A stretch of 64,000 nt of DNA. It comes from Spirogloea muscicola (Eukaryota). Below the pieces are notes generated by a model that was not told the DNA's origin, searched no databases, and saw nothing but the letters and a program-made list of their open reading frames with translations. The translations under genes and the position numbers were made by a program. The first letter of the stretch is position 1, and the number at the start of each line of letters is the position of its first letter. This document shows, in pieces, positions 61,365 through 64,000 of this stretch. The stretch is from positions 280,835-344,834 of the forward strand of contig WELB01000030.1 in the NCBI GenBank assembly GCA_009602725.1, read 5' to 3'.

Positions 61365-61932
61365 AGGGAGGGAGGGAGAGCGCGTGGCGGGGCGAGTGGA
61401 GAGCGTACGAGCTCGCCCGCAGCCGGGCGTGTGTCGCGGGCAGCGGGCCGCCAAGGCGTGGCTGCTGAGCCGCGCCCCCCAGCCGCGCGCGCAGGACAGA
61501 GCCTCAACTGGGCATCCACCTCCCTCCTCCAGCTGCCGCCGGCCCTCCGCCGCCCGCTCCACGGCTCACAAAGCGCAGCGCCTCCTGCGGGCTCAAGGCT
61601 GCCGCGGTCGCTGCCGCCGCTGCCGCAGCGGCAGAGCTTCGAACTGCCATTGCAGCAGGCACCCAATTGCGCGGCCCTGCTGTGCGGGGACTGAGCGCAG
61701 CGAGCGTTGCCGGATGCTGACTGCGCTGCTGGCCCTGGCCGCGACCCGTTGGACGGGATGCGCTCGGAGCGGCGCTGCAGTGGGGTGGCGCCTCCTCGAG
61801 TGCCCCTCAGAGAGCTCGTGCTGAGCTGACGTTGAGATCGTGCAAGATAATTGCAGCGCTGCTGCAGCAGGAGTGCCGCGCTCTGGCTCTGGCGACCGCC
61901 ACGGCACCCTGGCCTCGCTGCTCGAGCGCCTG

Positions 61933-64000
61933 ATGGGGCAAGACGGCAGCGCGTCGCCGCCGTCCCCTTCATTGTCACCGCCTCGCAGCTCGCATGCCCG
62001 TGGAGTCGCCAATGGGACCGTCGGCTCCACCTTTGATGACGACGTCGAGGGGGAGCGCAGGGTGGAGGACACCTACGAGGCCGCCATTGCCGGCATCGAG
62101 AGCCTTGACTACGAGGTCATCGAGAGCTCCCTGTACCGCGAAGACCAGGTGCGAGCCTCCTCCCTCTACTTGCCCGCCGCTGCTAGCTCGCCATATTTTC
62201 GTCCTCGAGCATGCAGTAGCATGTAGCCCTGTGTATGGAGCTTGAGTTGTGACTTGGGGTCCTTGTCGCGGAGCGGCTGAGTGATGAGATGCTGCTGCTG
62301 CACGGCGGAAACTTGGCGGCAGGCCCGCAGCGGCGCGTGGGACCACGCCAGCTACGTCGCACTCAAGTGGGCCTTCGCCCTCCTTCTCGGCATCGGTACG
62401 CTCCCGCCCCCTCGCCAGCATACCATGCCTTCAAGCAGCAGATGCCCTCTGGACCCCGCTACGGCCCCTCTAGACTGGTTGCTCAGTCTGGCAGCTCCTA
62501 TTGATTGTGCTTATGAGTGCCTGCTGGTCCTACCCTCTCTTAGACAAGACCTGACCCGAAGGCTTCCTCCGGAAGGAGAGAACAAGACCTGTTACGTACC
62601 GCCAGACTTGCTTCAATATTCTGATTGAGCTCTTGTGGTCGAGAGTATGCGCTTGCAGGCACGGCACTAGCGGCATTCTTCATCAATGTGGCCGTTGAGA
62701 ACCTCGCCGGTTGGAAATTCACGGCTACGTTCTGGCTCCTTCGCCACTCCTACGCGGCTGCGTTCATCGTCTATGCGCTCTTCAATGTCGCCCTCGTACT
62801 TTCGTCCGTGCACATTGTGACTGAGTATGCACCTGCTGCGGCTGGGTCCGGCATCCCTGAGATCAAGGGCTACCTCAATGGTATGACACAGCACGTCCGC
62901 AAGCTCACATTTAAGTAGTGGGCTTTGAGAGGGCTCCTGGCTTCGGTAAAGCGTAACCTAGTTCCTGGATGAAATACCTTAGACTTTAATGTCATCTGTT
63001 GATTTCATTTACGATTCATGCCTTGTACTCAGCAGCAGTCAGCAGCTTAGCAGAAATTCCTGGCATGAAAAGCCAAGTTATCAGCTCTCATCCTGCTGCT
63101 ATAATTGATCTCATTCAATACAATCATTGCGGCTGTGATGCTCAGGAATTGACACGCCTGGCATATTGCTCCTCAGGACACTCCTTGGCAAGGTGCTTAC
63201 AATCAGCTCTCGCTCTTACCATTCTTGCATTGCATGTTGACGAGTACTCTCTTGTGACTTGATGAGGGGGCGTTGTGATGAGTAGTAGCACCTTTCGTAC
63301 TAGCCAGTATCTTGTAGGCATGCACCGGAAGCACTACAGGGATCGTTTGACCTCAGCCTTGGGCGGCCATGCAAAGTCCTTTCATCTTGCTCTTCTTCGA
63401 AACAAGTCAATTGCCTTGTAACCTGGGCCTACGCACGGCGGCTAATGCTTCTGATGCAAGCTGGCGACTCTTGGGGAGCAGATATTTGGCAGCTTGGGAT
63501 CCGTTGCAGGCGGCCTTGCGCTGGGCAAGGAGGGCCCCCTCGTCCACACAGGGGCTTGCATTGCCTCGCTCCTCGGCCAGGTGATCCTCTGCAAGCACGT
63601 CCTCGTCTTTGGCGAGTATGGCCCAAGGCCTCAGCCCAGAAGCACTTACTCCAAAGGCCAGTGACCCCAATTTGACGTGGGCCCTCATCGGTTCGCCTGC
63701 CTCTTTCTTCATCTAGGTTGCTCAAGGCGAGAGGTGCTGTGCAAGACATGTCCCCATCGAGCTAGCTAAGCTCAGCAATGAAAGAGCAGATAGAAGTGAA
63801 AGCAGACAACTACAAAAAGCCAAGAAGATTAAGAAGTTAGTAGCTGCTGCAAGTGGATGTAGTTGCTGTACAAGCTTGCCTAACACGTTACAACTTGCAT
63901 CTCAGGGTGGCTCAACCAAGTACAGGATAACGTGGCGCCTGCTCCGTGTCTTCCAGAATGATCGCGACCGCAGGGACCTAGTGCGTTCTGATCATCCATC
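61933..64000 (+). CDS. CLC-d: CLC-family chloride channel/anion-H+ exchanger, CLC-d-like; 5' part only, runs off the window end
   Basis: IESLDYEVIES..YREDQ|, YVALKWAFALLLGIG|TALAAFFINVAVENLAGWKF, APAAAGSGIPEIKGYLNG|IDTPGILLLRTLLGK|IFGSLGSVAGGLALGKEGPLVHTGACIASLLGQ|GGSTKY...NDRDRRDL. It has the Ser-type selectivity motif and the gating Glu. The start codon is uncertain. Confidence 0.93.

Overview
GC-rich eukaryotic nuclear DNA from a green plant, most likely a streptophyte alga (inferred from plant-type genes, short GT-AG introns and very GC-rich first exons). It has four N-gaps. Eleven recognisable genes are present, ten of them spliced: PTI1-like kinase (-), UFC1 (+), DUF212 acid phosphatase/haloperoxidase-related protein (+), ExoIII-family AP endonuclease (-), intronless KCS (+), GH5 exo-beta-1,3-glucanase with fascin-like modules (-), TauE/SafE exporter with an apparent frameshift (+), NF-YC (-), EDRF1-like (+), a lysosomal-type lipase homolog lacking the catalytic Ser (+), and the 5' part of a CLC-d-like channel (+). 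Most intergenic DNA holds dense stacks of heavily 5'-truncated non-LTR retrotransposons carrying a restriction-like endonuclease (RLE, CRE-like). Many diverged subfamilies share the C-terminus 'SD(L/F)xLL(T/N/S)RGY*'. They end in one of two conserved 3' termini followed by CT-rich tails instead of poly(A). One terminus is a GGCTG-loop-CAGCC hairpin that shows compensatory substitutions. These ends are stacked head-to-tail in repeat-plus-variable-spacer arrays with a period of about 150 bp, which suggests self-targeting retroelements. Exon boundaries were read by eye and some gene ends are approximate.
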